Source of the DNA: Oculina patagonica
Taxonomy: Eukaryota
Direction of reading: 5' to 3'
Assembly (NCBI RefSeq): GCF_052425735.1
Contig: NC_135765.1
Location: 620,001 to 684,000, forward strand
DNA length: 64,000 bases
Part shown: positions 35,501-47,555 of the stretch, one piece after another
Layout of the letters: each line of letters starts with the position of its first letter
How positions within the stretch are numbered: position 1 is the stretch's first letter
Notes under the pieces: model-generated
The model's database searches: none
Told to the model about the DNA's origin: nothing
The model's input: only the letters and a program-made list of their open reading frames with translations
Translations under genes and position numbers: made by a program

Positions 35501-38500
35501 ATGGCTTAACCCACCCTCCCTGGGCTAAGATACCGGCCAGACTAGCTCTTGGGGTCTTTAAGACATGCAAGAGATGCAGGTTTCACCAGTGCCACAACAA
35601 GGCAACATCCCCAGGTTGTAGAAGTCATACTAACAAGTTTTCTGTTTTAGTATTTAGAAAAGAGGTTTTCTACTGGAGTTCGTAACATTGGAAGTGTGTG
35701 TTTTTTAATCCAGACGGTGGGTTTCACATGCATTTGTTATTTTGAATTTTCTGTCAAGTAAAAATACCAATCTACCTATACATATTAATTACTTTAATAA
35801 ATAAATGACATATTTCAATTTTGATTTAGTATGATTTTCTTTTTTGTAGTCTCTGTATATGGCCATTGTGGTTTACGGCCCAGCCATAGCTTTGGAAGCA
35901 GGTAAGTTGTGTAACATTTTTACGAGGACCTTTATTTAATTTGAATAGACTCATTCAACTGTAATTTAGCGGAATATCTGTAAACTGAGGTCATGAAATA
36001 TCTGTAAATTAGCCGTAAAGCTATGCATATTTCACGGAAATAAAGTATCTAAAGTATATCTATCTATATATCTAAGGTCATAGGTCATCCTATGCATCTA
36101 GTTGACGTGAACTTGTTTCTTGTTTTAACACAGTGACTGGATTTCCAGTGTGGGCCTCCATTACTTCCATTGGTGTTGTCTGTACATTTTATACCACCAT
36201 TGTAAGTAAAGCATCAGAAGCCATTACCTATTACAGATTTCTTTCTTTTTGGTCCAAGTTTTGTCATGGAATATCTTAAAATATTCTTAGATGAATTGTC
36301 ATTCTTGCAAAAAAGGGAAGAGCATAAACATAGGTGGCAGAAAAATTTGAGGGCCCCCCCCCCCACATTTCAGTGCCGAAAGTATTGTTAACAATACAGG
36401 GAAATTTCACATGTTACTTGGTTGAAACTTGTTTAATCAGGCTTGTCTAACCTTCCATCCAGTGACCTGTAAAAGTTTATGAGACCTGTACAACCATTCA
36501 ATATATTTCTATTGTCTTTGGCTACTTTCCAGGGAGGTATGAAAGCTGTTATTTGGAATGATGTATTTCAAGCCATAGTCATGCTTGGAGGCCTGGTGGC
36601 AGTGCTCATTGTCGGCACATACAAAGTTGGAGGGTTTGGAAAAGTGTTTGATCGTCTAGAGAAAGGACAAAGACTGAAGTTTTTTGAGTAAGTTAATGGA
36701 ACAATTAAATAATGAAAGTTTAGGAGCTTGATGCCTCAACAGTAACAGCACTTACAGTGTAACTCCAGTTACTGTTCCATGAAACTTTAAGAGTATCAGT
36801 GCTGCTGTATTTTATTCTCCACCCCCCCCCCCTCCCCCCACCACCACCTGGCCTTGACATTATTTTGTTGTTGTGTTTGTTCACTGGTATCCATTTTATA
36901 TCATCGTCATCTGAATCCTAAATCTCCTCTGGGAGAATAGGGCCTTATATACTCCTGGGACTAAAGAGAGCAGCACTACAAGTGTAAGGTTTCTAATTGC
37001 CACCACACCCACCCCACAAATAAAACAGGACCCTCCTCGCCAGCATGAATGTGTGTGAACTTTGAGTAGGGTCACACAAAGTAGACTGTCTTAATAACCT
37101 AAAATGTTGGGTGTGTAATTAATAATAACTAATATTAACAGAGGATTTACAGGTGCTTTGTAACTGAGACAAGCTGTTTTGTACATTCAGTTTTAACCCA
37201 GATCCTACCCAGCGACTGTCCATATGGAGTCTGGTCATCGGTGGAGCATTTGGTTTGTTTCCTCTTTGGGCTGTCAATCAAACCGCTGTTCAGCGCTTCT
37301 TGTCAGTGAGGTCAAACAAAGAAGCAAAACGGTGAGTCCTCACTAATCTGAATCTAGCCTGGATTCAAAAAAGTAAAAGAGTTGATTTCAAATTCTCTTG
37401 ACATTTTATAATTTATCTCTTAGCTTTTGGTACCTGTTAATAAACCCATACATGTAGCCACACTGCAAAAGTTCTCTTTAATGTATATATTTATTACTCA
37501 TGGGAATTTAATCTTCTCATTCTTGTTCTTTCCACAGTGCTGTTTGGATCAACTTGCCTTTAAGTATTTTTGCTGTTTCCCTTTGTGCTCTGTGTGGATG
37601 TGTGATTTATGCATTTTACGCTGACTGTGATCCCATATCAGATAAACGCATCAAAAAGGGCGATCAGGTAAAATATTTAATTCTGAAAACAAATTGCTTT
37701 TTCTACTTATTTGTACTAAATCTACATCTGTCCAGTAAAACAGTGTACAACTGTAGTAGTCCAGCAGTGAAACCAACTTCTTTAGTAGTTCTGGACTATC
37801 AGACAATAATTCTGCTCCTCGCTGAACACAGACATAACATGGTTAATTGTTGTTCCACAGATCCTGCCATATTTTGTGATGCATGTGTTAGGATCATTGT
37901 ACGGAGTACCAGGTTTATTTATGGCATGTCTTTTCAGTGGAACGCTCAGGTACATTATCCTTATCCACTGTTTACTTGGCAATGCACTAACATTGGTGTT
38001 GCTTGTGTTCAATATTCTCAGTCTAATATAATTTACCTGTACCTTTGTTTTTTGTTCCAGTACTGTGTCTTCAGGACTGAATTCATTAGCAGCTGTTGTT
38101 TTGGAAGACTTCATCAAGCCTTTTTGCAGAAGCAGACAAATGCAACTCACAGAGATGCGTGCTACGTTGTACTCCAAACTTCTTGGTGAGTAAATTTATG
38201 TTCACTGAGAACTTCACAGGATTAAAAAGATAATCATTTATGATTCCCAATGTTGTTTCCTTGGCATACAAACATTTGGGAAAGCAAAATGTTTTTAAAA
38301 TAATTCAGAAACATTTTCATTTTTTTGTGTTTCTCAGAAATGAAGTTTGTGTGTGCACACAAATGGGGAAATATCTTGGGAAAGAATGTGTTAGCAACAG
38401 TGTTTCCTCATCTATGCCCTTTAGCCTTAAGTGTCTTTGAGCACACTAGTCAGTCCCAATCTCTTCATTGCCGTATGGTAGTTCTGCAAAATAATCTTGG

Positions 38501-41500
38501 AATGATACGACAGTATCTCGATTCCTCCTTTTTTGTGAGTTTCTTTCTTTTCCAAGGATAAGAAATTCCCTCTAGATAATAATCAATCTGGGTGTATGCT
38601 GTGACTAATTTACCTTGGTCATATTTTGTTTACAGCTCTGGGATTTGGAGCTTTAACTATTGGCCTGTCCTTTCTTGCCACCAAGCTGGGTGCCATTCTA
38701 CAGGTTTGTCTCTCATGTGAGCTGTGGATCACGCTCGCATAAAATATGATTGCATGAACTTAGGTCTTGGTTCATTTGGTAGTTATTTCTGAAGGTTCCT
38801 GTGGAATGTCCAATCTGTTTTTGTTTTGTTTGGACACTCCTTGTTTCTTACAAGCAACAGAAAGAACTGCAACCACACTAGTCCTAAAAGTCTAAATGAC
38901 AGTCTTACACCCTACAAAACTGATATAAATGACTGCATTACCAATGTTACTCCGACATCTTGTCCACTTCTTTCACTTCCCAACTGTACCTGGTTCTTCT
39001 TACTGTATTGCAGCTCATTTAACTGTGGTGTCTTGGAGTTAAACACTAGTTATGCAATGTGTTCCAGTGGTATACTATAGAAAGTGTTGTGTAACTATTT
39101 TATACCATACCGTAGAAAATACGCCTACTAAATTTCGTCGAAAATAGATTGGAGCGCACGATGGGAAGGTTGGGTTGAATACCATGGAATATAAAACGGC
39201 TTTGCTGTATCCTGATTCGCTGTTTTTTTATGGCATGGTATAAAATGGGGTATCAAAACATTTGATAACTTAGTTGTTTTGTTTTTCAGACATTTTACAG
39301 TGTGTTTGGTGTGGTGGGAGGACCTGTCGTTGGGGCATTTTGTCTTGGAATGTTCACTCGACGAGCTCATTCAAGGGTAATGAATTAAGATTTGCCTTTT
39401 GATTTCTTTGTTGCTCTTTTGCTATCATAACCAGCAATTACTGCAGAGTATTAATTAAAACGACTGTTTTGTATTCATTTCATCAGGGTGTCTACATTGG
39501 GCTGTTGCTTGGCTTTGCCATAGGTCTGTGGATAGGTGTTGGTGCCAAAGTATACCCTCCACCAGTTACAAAAGCCCCTGTCTCGACCGAGGGGTGTAAA
39601 GCTGATGTTCCGTTCAGAAACAGCACAATTAATTCAACAAGGTATTCTCACAAGAGTACGTAGTCAGCATTTATTTTCCCTTTACAATGGTATACAATGT
39701 CACGTGCAATGCACATTGACAAGCATACTGGCGATGAGGTTAAAGACATTACAATTATCAGCCAGGGAGTATTTTCTATTCTCAGAAAGATATGACAGTA
39801 ATTAAGTAGAATAAGAACTGGAAATGCTTTTACAAAGTTTAAGCCAAAAAAAATGACCCGTCAACTATCATCAACTAGAAGCGCTTAACCTGTTCCAGGC
39901 GTTCAAATGGTTGGAGAGCAGCACGACAAAACGGCGACATAGAAAAAAGACCAGTGTTAGTCAGAGGTACGCGCCTCATGCCTCGCTTTTTTTTTGACTC
40001 GCCATCCTTCATACTGCTCAGACCCAACTAAACGATTGAGCTTGGGAAATCTTAAAGGGACCGTGTCACGGATTTTAGCAGGGCCGTAACCAGACCTTTG
40101 CCATAGACGAGGCAAGATCTTTTATAGGGGGTTCTAGGGGCATGCTTCCAGAAAATTTTGAATTCTAGACGCTCTGAAACTCTCAGAGACATTTTTCATG
40201 ACGTACCATAATGATTCGATTTAGCGCCCGGGGCGCTTATTTTCTTTTGGCACTTCAAGGGAGGGCGCTTATTCGAGACAGGGCGCTTATTCGGGACAGG
40301 GCGCTTATTTAATTTTTTGAGAAACAACCAAATGTTCAAAACAAAACTTTAATAAATATTAAAATTACTAACCATAACAGAAACTGTAACAGTAACAAAT
40401 TGTTGAAAGTTCAGTTACTTTTAAAAGAATTGTTCATTTTAGCAGTAAATATATACATGTACGGTACGGTGAATGTTCATGAGTTTATCTATTCGACGTC
40501 GATGACTTCAGTAGGGGCAGTTATCCTCAATAGGGGCGCTTATTAGAATAGGGGAGCTTCTAAGAATGGGGGCGCTTATTAGAATGGGGGCGCTTATTGG
40601 AATAGGGGCGCTTATTGACAAAAACACATTTGAAAGGGGGCGCTTATTCGAAAGGGGGCGCTTATTGGAAGGAGGGCGCTAAATCGAATCATTAAGGTAT
40701 TTCTTAAGAAAAATCAGTCTTGTTCAACTGGGGACTATTTTCCTAACAAAACATATTTTGGTTTTAATTTTGGGTAAAAATCTAGACGAGGCAAGTGCCT
40801 CGTCTTGCCTCTTGCTAGTTACGGCCCTGATTTTAGCCAAACTTACGCATAGGAAATGACCGTCAAATTTGTTTAAATATATAAAATAACTTATTAAAAC
40901 AGTGAAAGAATATTTAAATAACACACCAAATGCAAAAGAAGGTACAGATGGCGAAAAGTGTCCAGATTGAAACGGATTGCGTTATGGATTTTTGAAATAT
41001 GGTCCGGCGGAACCGTTTTCAAAGTTAATCTTGTCTGCTTGTAACTTTAAATTATAACGCCAAGGAGACATTTGGCTGCAATGATGCTATGGTTTTGTCA
41101 TTAAGAAACATAGATTTAATTTCTTTGCAAATATTTAGTTTCATAGCGAATATAGGACAAAATTTAATAACATAAAATTAACTAAGCCTTGACACAGTCC
41201 CTTTAACGTCAAATGTTTGCCGTCCCAGACAGTGCATCACTCATACGTGTTTTATTGTTATTTGTTTTCCTCAGTAGCGCCCCGCCACCAAAGGAGTATG
41301 AAGGTCTTGTATTGTACAGAATATCCTGGTTATGGTACAGCTTCGTGTGCTTTACAGTGACGTATTTTACAGGACTTGTTGTTAGCGTCTTATGGCCTGG
41401 TAAGTCATGCCATACTCAGTCTGTTACTTCCCTTACTTGTGAACAGGCTTGCGTGTAAAATCGGAAGAAGCAAGCATAATAAGTTTATTTTGTGAATTGG

Positions 41501-42693
41501 TATAACACTTGAAGACATAGATGAGGTCATAGAAGAGTATGGGTAGTGAAAATTGTGCAAGATTGTATGAAATGAATTGCAAAAATGAAAATTGATATGT
41601 GGTAAGTTTTTCCCAGGTGACATCAAGGCTTGGCGATCGTGGACGAAGATCAAGGCATTTCTAGGACACCACTTAAATCTAACATATGCCTTGTCACTGG
41701 TTGCTGACGAGGCATATCCGGGACACCATTAAATTTAGCAATTTAATAAAGTCCCGGATATGCCTTGTCAGCCATCAGCGAGAAGGCCTATCCGTGATTT
41801 GTAGTTTTTGCTTATTTTTAAACTTCTATTCTCGTTTCTAATAACTGTACTTGTGGTGTTGTTTAAACAAGAAGGACGATTGTCGCTATTGTTCAAGCGA
41901 GTTTTGCTCAAACACTTCCTACTGGTGTTGTCCAAAGGCGTTTGACCATCGTTGCTGAATCATGTTATTGGTCAAACAAGGACGTTTTACCATTGATTGA
42001 CTAGTGTTGCTTGTGTTCAAGGTGATCATGAGGGTGCTAAGGTGGACTCACGGCTGCTGTTCAAACTGGGCTACTGTTTACCAGATTGTGCGCTGAAAAG
42101 TTCTCAAGAAGAACACGACGAAGAGCAACAGCTTGACAATGTGAGTCACAGATGCAAATATCAATTCTCTTTATCGATCGGTATATACCCTTGTTTTGAT
42201 GTCAGTTTTGAGAACTTGTTGGTCCATCAAGACTATATCCTTTAATTGATGATTTTCTTTGTTCTCATCGCCTATGACATGCCTATCTGCTATACGAAGT
42301 TAACCCGGCGTAAATTGCAATAGTTAGAGAGGAAGCCACATCAGCGCTAGCTGGTGTTTGTGCAAGTTATCTATCCAGATCGTTTTGGAATTTGACAAAG
42401 TTGTTTTTTGTGGACGGAGGAAAAACTGGAGAACCCGGAGAAAAACCCTCAACCCACACATATGGCACCGGCTGGAATTGAACCCGAGTCAGATTGGTCT
42501 GCGCCATCCTTGCTCCCCAAGTATTGACACCGTTAGGGGAAGATTTTTATTACTTAGAATCTTCCTTTTCTTTTTGATACAGGTTGAAAGCGAACAGAAC
42601 AAAGAGAGTGGCAAGGCCTCAAAATCAGGATTACAAAGTGAAGAGGACCAGGGAGACCCAGAGGGTCCCTTGCTCATGACGACAACAATGTGA
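29572..42693 (+). CDS. Sodium:solute symporter, SLC5A5/6/8/12 subfamily (SMVT/SMCT-like)
   Basis: About 15 exons: 29572-29913, 35651-35716, 35850-35901, 36134-36201, 36533-36687, 37191-37331, 37538-37667, 37861-37949, 38061-38185, 38635-38703, 39291-39376, 39487-39655, 41275-41398, 42022-42140 and 42583-42693. Motifs include PVALSLLASFMSAITILGVPSE, YEYLEKRF, GGMKAVIWNDVFQ, NQTAVQRFLS and LSTVSSGLNSLAAV. Confidence 0.92.
30388..31551. mobile_element. Possible non-autonomous DNA transposon or chimera with GGGTTGTC ends
   Basis: Short inverted ends gggttgtc / gacaaccc and subterminal ccggaat repeats. No clear TSD. Confidence 0.4.
33792..33910 (-). pseudogene. 5S rRNA-derived sequence, copy 1
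   Basis: The reverse complement reads ataccac...gaagttaagc...gttagtacttggatcggtgacc...aatacc...tgttgtgggct, colinear with eukaryotic 5S rRNA including boxes A and C. Confidence 0.8.
34032..34150 (+). pseudogene. 5S rRNA-derived sequence, copy 2
   Basis: ataccac...cggttcttgtccgatcgccgaagttaagc...gttagtacttggatgggtgacc...aatacc...tgttgtgggc, followed by TTTT (Pol III terminator-like). Confidence 0.82.
40056..41202. mobile_element. Three nested MITEs: TTAA-flanked (Kolobok-like) > CAGGG element (40079-40829) > TA-flanked Tc1/pogo-like element (40206-40697)
   Basis: Outer TTAA|agggaccgtgtca...tgacacagtccct|TTAA. Middle cagggccgtaac...gttacggccctg with ATTTTAG on both flanks. Inner TA|ccataatgattcgatttagcgccc...gggcgctaaatcgaatcattaagg|TA, whose empty site is visible in the 12215 copy. 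Confidence 0.85.
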
Positions 42694-45600
42694 TGAGGTC
42701 ATAATACAATCACAGCATATCTGAAGAGTTGCCTTTGGCGGGAAATGAGTTACAGTTCGTGACGGTAATTTATACAGGAGTTGCTTGACAGTTGTTTGAG
42801 AGGGGAACGCCGTGACGCGACGGAGGTGAACGTGAGGCTGTGTTGCAATGAAAAAGACTTTTACAAGAATCTGTGCTCACATTGGGTTGGTAAATCGCGC
42901 AAATCTTGATATCACGTAATTTTCGTTACAAATTCGTGAAAAATATTGACTATATTATACGCATTATTCCATTTAAATGCCATGTTAAAATACGTTTCAC
43001 AGCACCAACGTCGTTCATACGTGCACAGATCGTGATCATGTTAGATCTCAGAATTTAATGAAATTGTCGTGCGCTAAATTTATGTTAGAGGTCTTTTACA
43101 ATTTAATTTTAGTCAGCCTCAAAACGGGTCCTGGTTCAATTTCACTTATGTTTATTCTCAACGACTCATGCAGATGTAAAATTCGTTTCACATATGATTT
43201 GTTCGCTATATCGGGAAGCTGGTTTTGTGCCAGTAGTAATTAATGGGTAAATAAACGAGTAAACCAGGAAACAAGATGGCTGACAATAGCAAGCCGAGCG
43301 CATGACGAAACTGACGGAGTTCCGCTGACCGTCGTACAAGCGTTGTGCTGTTTGAATTACTGAGAGCTCTCCATTAGATATGTGGTTGCCCTCTTGTACT
43401 GTTAATAGTGTTCACAAGAAAGAAATACATCATTGCTCAAGGACGAACAATCTTGGACAGGGGTGTATCCTAAACTGAAAACGGCAGATGTTTGTGGGTA
43501 GCTTCATAATTATTGTATTGCACAATTATTGTATTTAAACTTCAGAGATTTTGAAATTGTAAACTGAAGAGTTGTATAAGATTGTTAGTTAGTAACGATA
43601 TCGCTCATAAATCTGAAACTTGTTAAATTATAATTTACATATCATAATATTGGCTTTGTTATCCGCATTCTCAATAAAAGCGTTGTTGCACAAAATGGCT
43701 GCGTGTGTACTGAAGGTAATTTCTTTTTGGTTCATGTACAAAAATCAGTCCACGAGTCGATAACATTTCTTCAGAATTCCGTTTTGTGTGAAAGTACTTG
43801 GCTAATGCCATCATCTCTCCGAGTTTTGGTGGTGCTGGCGGGGGGAGGAGTGGGGTGAGCTCGATTTCTCGTGCTGAGGCCCTGTCGGTATTAAGAATCG
43901 AGCGACCTGGGGACAAGAATGACGCTTGAGCGGATCACATTGGGTTTGAATTTAGAATCAGGTTACACTTTCAATCGTTCGACATTCTTTCCCATTTCCT
44001 TTTATTTTTAAGATAAACCCTTTATGAGTTTTAAAAACCCTTTTAGGCGTGAAAACAAATAACAATTTCACGGATAGTTCTTTTTATATATATATTTTTT
44101 CCTTGTCCAAAAATTCCCCGGCAATTGTGTAAATATTGAGTCAGTATTGTTTTTCGTCGTTATTTTATTTTTCATCTTCGAATTCATAAAGTAAAAGCTG
44201 CTTTATATGTCGGTTTGGCCTATTGATACAGCTGTTGTAAGGAAAAAAAAACTTGACATGACTCGACATCGGTGTAAATACTTTTATTCTCTGTACAATC
44301 TTGCGAAAAAACATTTTAAAACAACCATGAAAATACCCTCTTGCCCAGACATTGAAAACGCTTTTTACCGTCAAATTCACTACATTATCTATCTGATAAA
44401 GTTCTGGACTATTTACATTAATTCTCCTCGAGCGAAAAGTTATATTGGTGAGCTGCGATAATATTCTGCTATGTCATGAGTTTATGCAGAGGAAAAGATT
44501 GCTTTCCCCGCTAAGATAACATCGCCATTTAATTTACAGGCAACTGCTTTTGCAACATGCATTGCATTTTTACATTATATTCTCAAAGAGAGCTCTGTCT
44601 TAACTAAGAATATATATTTACATTATAAATGCCCTCTAAAACTGAGTCCATCGATCTAGCCATTTCGAGGCGTTGAAAGGCGACACTTAACGGTAACATT
44701 CCAAGTTCTACATTTACGGACACTCTTTTTCGACACCTAGGAATAGTTTTGTTTCAATAAAGAGTCCCTTTTATATAGTGTTTTTTTTTTCTTTTACAAC
44801 TTGGTTAACATTTTGTGTCGTTCTTGTTTGCCTTAAAAAATTATGTAAGATGCCACGGTGCCAGCGGAAGTGTCAGAAATTTCCATTAATTGACAAGAAA
44901 GATAAAGATTTTTTATCATGAAAAATCTCCCTCGAAGGAAAGCGAATTGAGCTGTCTATTAAAACAAAGCATTAACAAGAAAAATTCAATCAGGCAAGGT
45001 TTATTCGCTGTAAAGTAAGCGCCTCTTCAAGCTTTTTATCTTTATTAACTATAAGCTTTTAAAAATGACTATTTGCTTTAGACACGATGCAAACAGCACA
45101 GAACAAAACGTGGAGACATTTCGCAAACAAGCGTCACAATAAAACAAACTTGCCGTGGAAAATTCAGAAGAATTAAATATTTTCTTAGTGCTTTCTCTTG
45201 TGTTTGCTATTGTACACGTTCTTTTTCAATTAACAAGGGAAAAGAAAAGCGATCTTTTATTTTGAAGAACTTCTTTATTAATTAAAAAAGTAGTTCAAGG
45301 AAGAAATTAGCGGCAAAATTGGTACTGTTCTACGAGTTGTCAATTTTGATAATGGCATAACACTAGCTCCCTCTAGCTCTGTTTTGTATGTTTCGCCACT
45401 GGGGTTCCGGCAAACGGCCGGAAAACACATAAAATTAACATTAGATCCGTAACATAATCACACCTTTACAGCGTAAACAAGCCATTTTTCATCACCCAAA
45501 GGGAAAACATGTTTTATCTTTGTACAATGACACCGGAATTAACTACCGTAGCGATTGTAAACTTTGCGAAATGAATTTACTTCAGTTTTTACGACTCTAT

Positions 45601-46478
45601 CTGATATAACTCTTGTATTCGACTCCAAAAAAAATCGTAAACATCCAAACAGTTCTTCATACCCATAACCTCATATAATTTAAAGAATTTTAATAAATGT
45701 TGATTTCTTGGTGATTTTACTTTTCAACACTGAAAGCGGATAGAAATTTACACCTGCGGATTGTGTAGGTTTTTATATTTTGCTCAAATGTACCTTCACT
45801 GAGTGAAAACAAAAACACTCGGCGTGAAGCAGACATCCTACTATTCTTGAGGATGAATGTTTTGTCGCTGTGATAAAAAAACACTCCGTTATATTAAATG
45901 ACTATGGTTTCTTTTTTTTCTGTCCATTTTGGGCGGCAAAAAAGCTGGATTGCGCTTTCCAATTGAGCTAGTCGTCAAACCGATTGCATTTCATTAGTCC
46001 AAACTAAACGACATGGCCATGTTTTTGAGGTTACGCTATCAACCGTTTGTCTTTTCGGTGGTTTTAGTTTTCTGTACGTGAGCTGGCATTGCAAGCCAAA
46101 GCGAGCCGATTAATTTCCGCATGTTTTTCTAAACCTTTACTCGTCGCCCGTCCGCCCACAATAAACCACAAAGCCAAAACTTGTTTGTTACACTTTGCAA
46201 AACAATCCCTTTCTTCTCTGAAGGTTTCTCAAGGTGACTTTGCTCAGTTTTGCTCGTGTTCAGTTGTTTTCTATCTTCTCCCATCTCTCGTCTGTCTCCA
46301 CTTTTATTTCCCAACTCGTCTTACAGTTGGTGTTGTGCATGTTATTAATCTTCTGGATAGAAATCTTTCAACAAATCTCTTTTGAAATCGTCTTGTTTGC
46401 TCGTTGGCGACCACCCAATTGATGGCAGCCCGCGAGAGTCGAGACTACGCTAGCTAACAACACCCCATGGCAGTGCTT

Positions 46479-47555
46479 CTAATCTCTGTACATCTCTGAA
46501 GATCTCGACAGTGAGAAGTTCATGGTGATTGTGCGAAAGCGCGAGACATTAGAAATCGATGTAGACATCTCGCCGGGCTGTACGCCATCTCTTCTGAAGA
46601 AAGATCTGAGCGCTCTGGAAAAATCGCGCTTGAGAAACGCGTACAAAATCGGATTCACAAACGCCACAGCAAAGCGAATAAAATCAAATGACATAAACGC
46701 TTCGTGTGGAAATGACGACATGTCCACTGGGAAGAGTAAAGTAAAGCTGGTCACGTAAAACGACAGCCAACAAATGATGAAGATCGCCAGCATCAGAGCG
46801 AAGATGAACAGCGCGCGCGCTTCTGTTGCGATCGGAGCTCGCTGATTCGAGGTGGCCGTTCCCCCGCGATTGTTGTAAAGACCTCGGATCTCTTTAACTT
46901 GTCGGTGGATCACCATAAACATTCGAACGTAGCTGATGGCCATGAAGACGGCTGGAAGGAAGAAGCAGAATACAATACCGAAGATTTGGTATCCAAGCGC
47001 GAAGATGCGCGAGGCATCGTCGCGTTGTTGGAAGAATCTCGTGGTATCTTCCCACGCGAGTTGGATAAGCGAGACGAAAAGTGAGAAGAGCCATAGACCA
47101 GCTATAGCTTTAAATAACCGAGGCCCCGTCACGATGTTAATGTACTTCATTGGGTACATAACATAGATGTACCTCTCCAGAGTCACTACAAGAATGTGGT
47201 ACATTGTGGACACTGCAATGAAGCGGTAGATGAGAGCCGCTGCGATACATACTCCTTGCTCAAGAACAGCGTTGCAGGCGATGTTTAGTGGAATCCCCAG
47301 CAATCCAACCATGAGATCGGACACGGCCAAACTGATCAGCAGACTGTTGGTTTTTGTCTGCAGATATTCTCGGTAAAAGAAAAGTGAAATCACTAGTAGA
47401 TTGACTCCGACCACCAACAGGCTAAGCACAATCAACAGTCCATCAAATACAGGGTTGAAATACGATAAATCTCCACCACTGCTATCAGACGCGGACGGAG
47501 GGGTAGCTGTTGTGTTAGGGAAGTAAGTTGCGTTGTTTTCCAATTCCAAGCTCAT
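46479..47555 (-). CDS. Intronless class A (rhodopsin-like) GPCR, amine/adenosine receptor-like orphan
   Basis: 358-aa ORF with seven hydrophobic segments, N-terminal N-glycosylation sites, and motifs SLAVSDL (TM2), LERY (TM3), CWLSF (TM6) and NPILY (TM7). Confidence 0.93.
   Translation of the reverse strand: MSLELENNATYFPNTTATPPSASDSSGGDLSYFNPVFDGLLIVLSLLVVGVNLLVISLFFYREYLQTKTNSLLISLAVSDLMVGLLGIPLNIACNAVLEQGVCIAAALIYRFIAVSTMYHILVVTLERYIYVMYPMKYINIVTGPRLFKAIAGLWLFSLFVSLIQLAWEDTTRFFQQRDDASRIFALGYQIFGIVFCFFLPAVFMAISYVRMFMVIHRQVKEIRGLYNNRGGTATSNQRAPIATEARALFIFALMLAIFIICWLSFYVTSFTLLFPVDMSSFPHEAFMSFDFIRFAVAFVNPILYAFLKRDFSRALRSFFRRDGVQPGEMSTSISNVSRFRTITMNFSLSRSSEMYRD

Noticed and set aside
46522-47166. 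Short ORFs overlapping the GPCR
   Set aside because: They are shadow frames of the real coding sequence.
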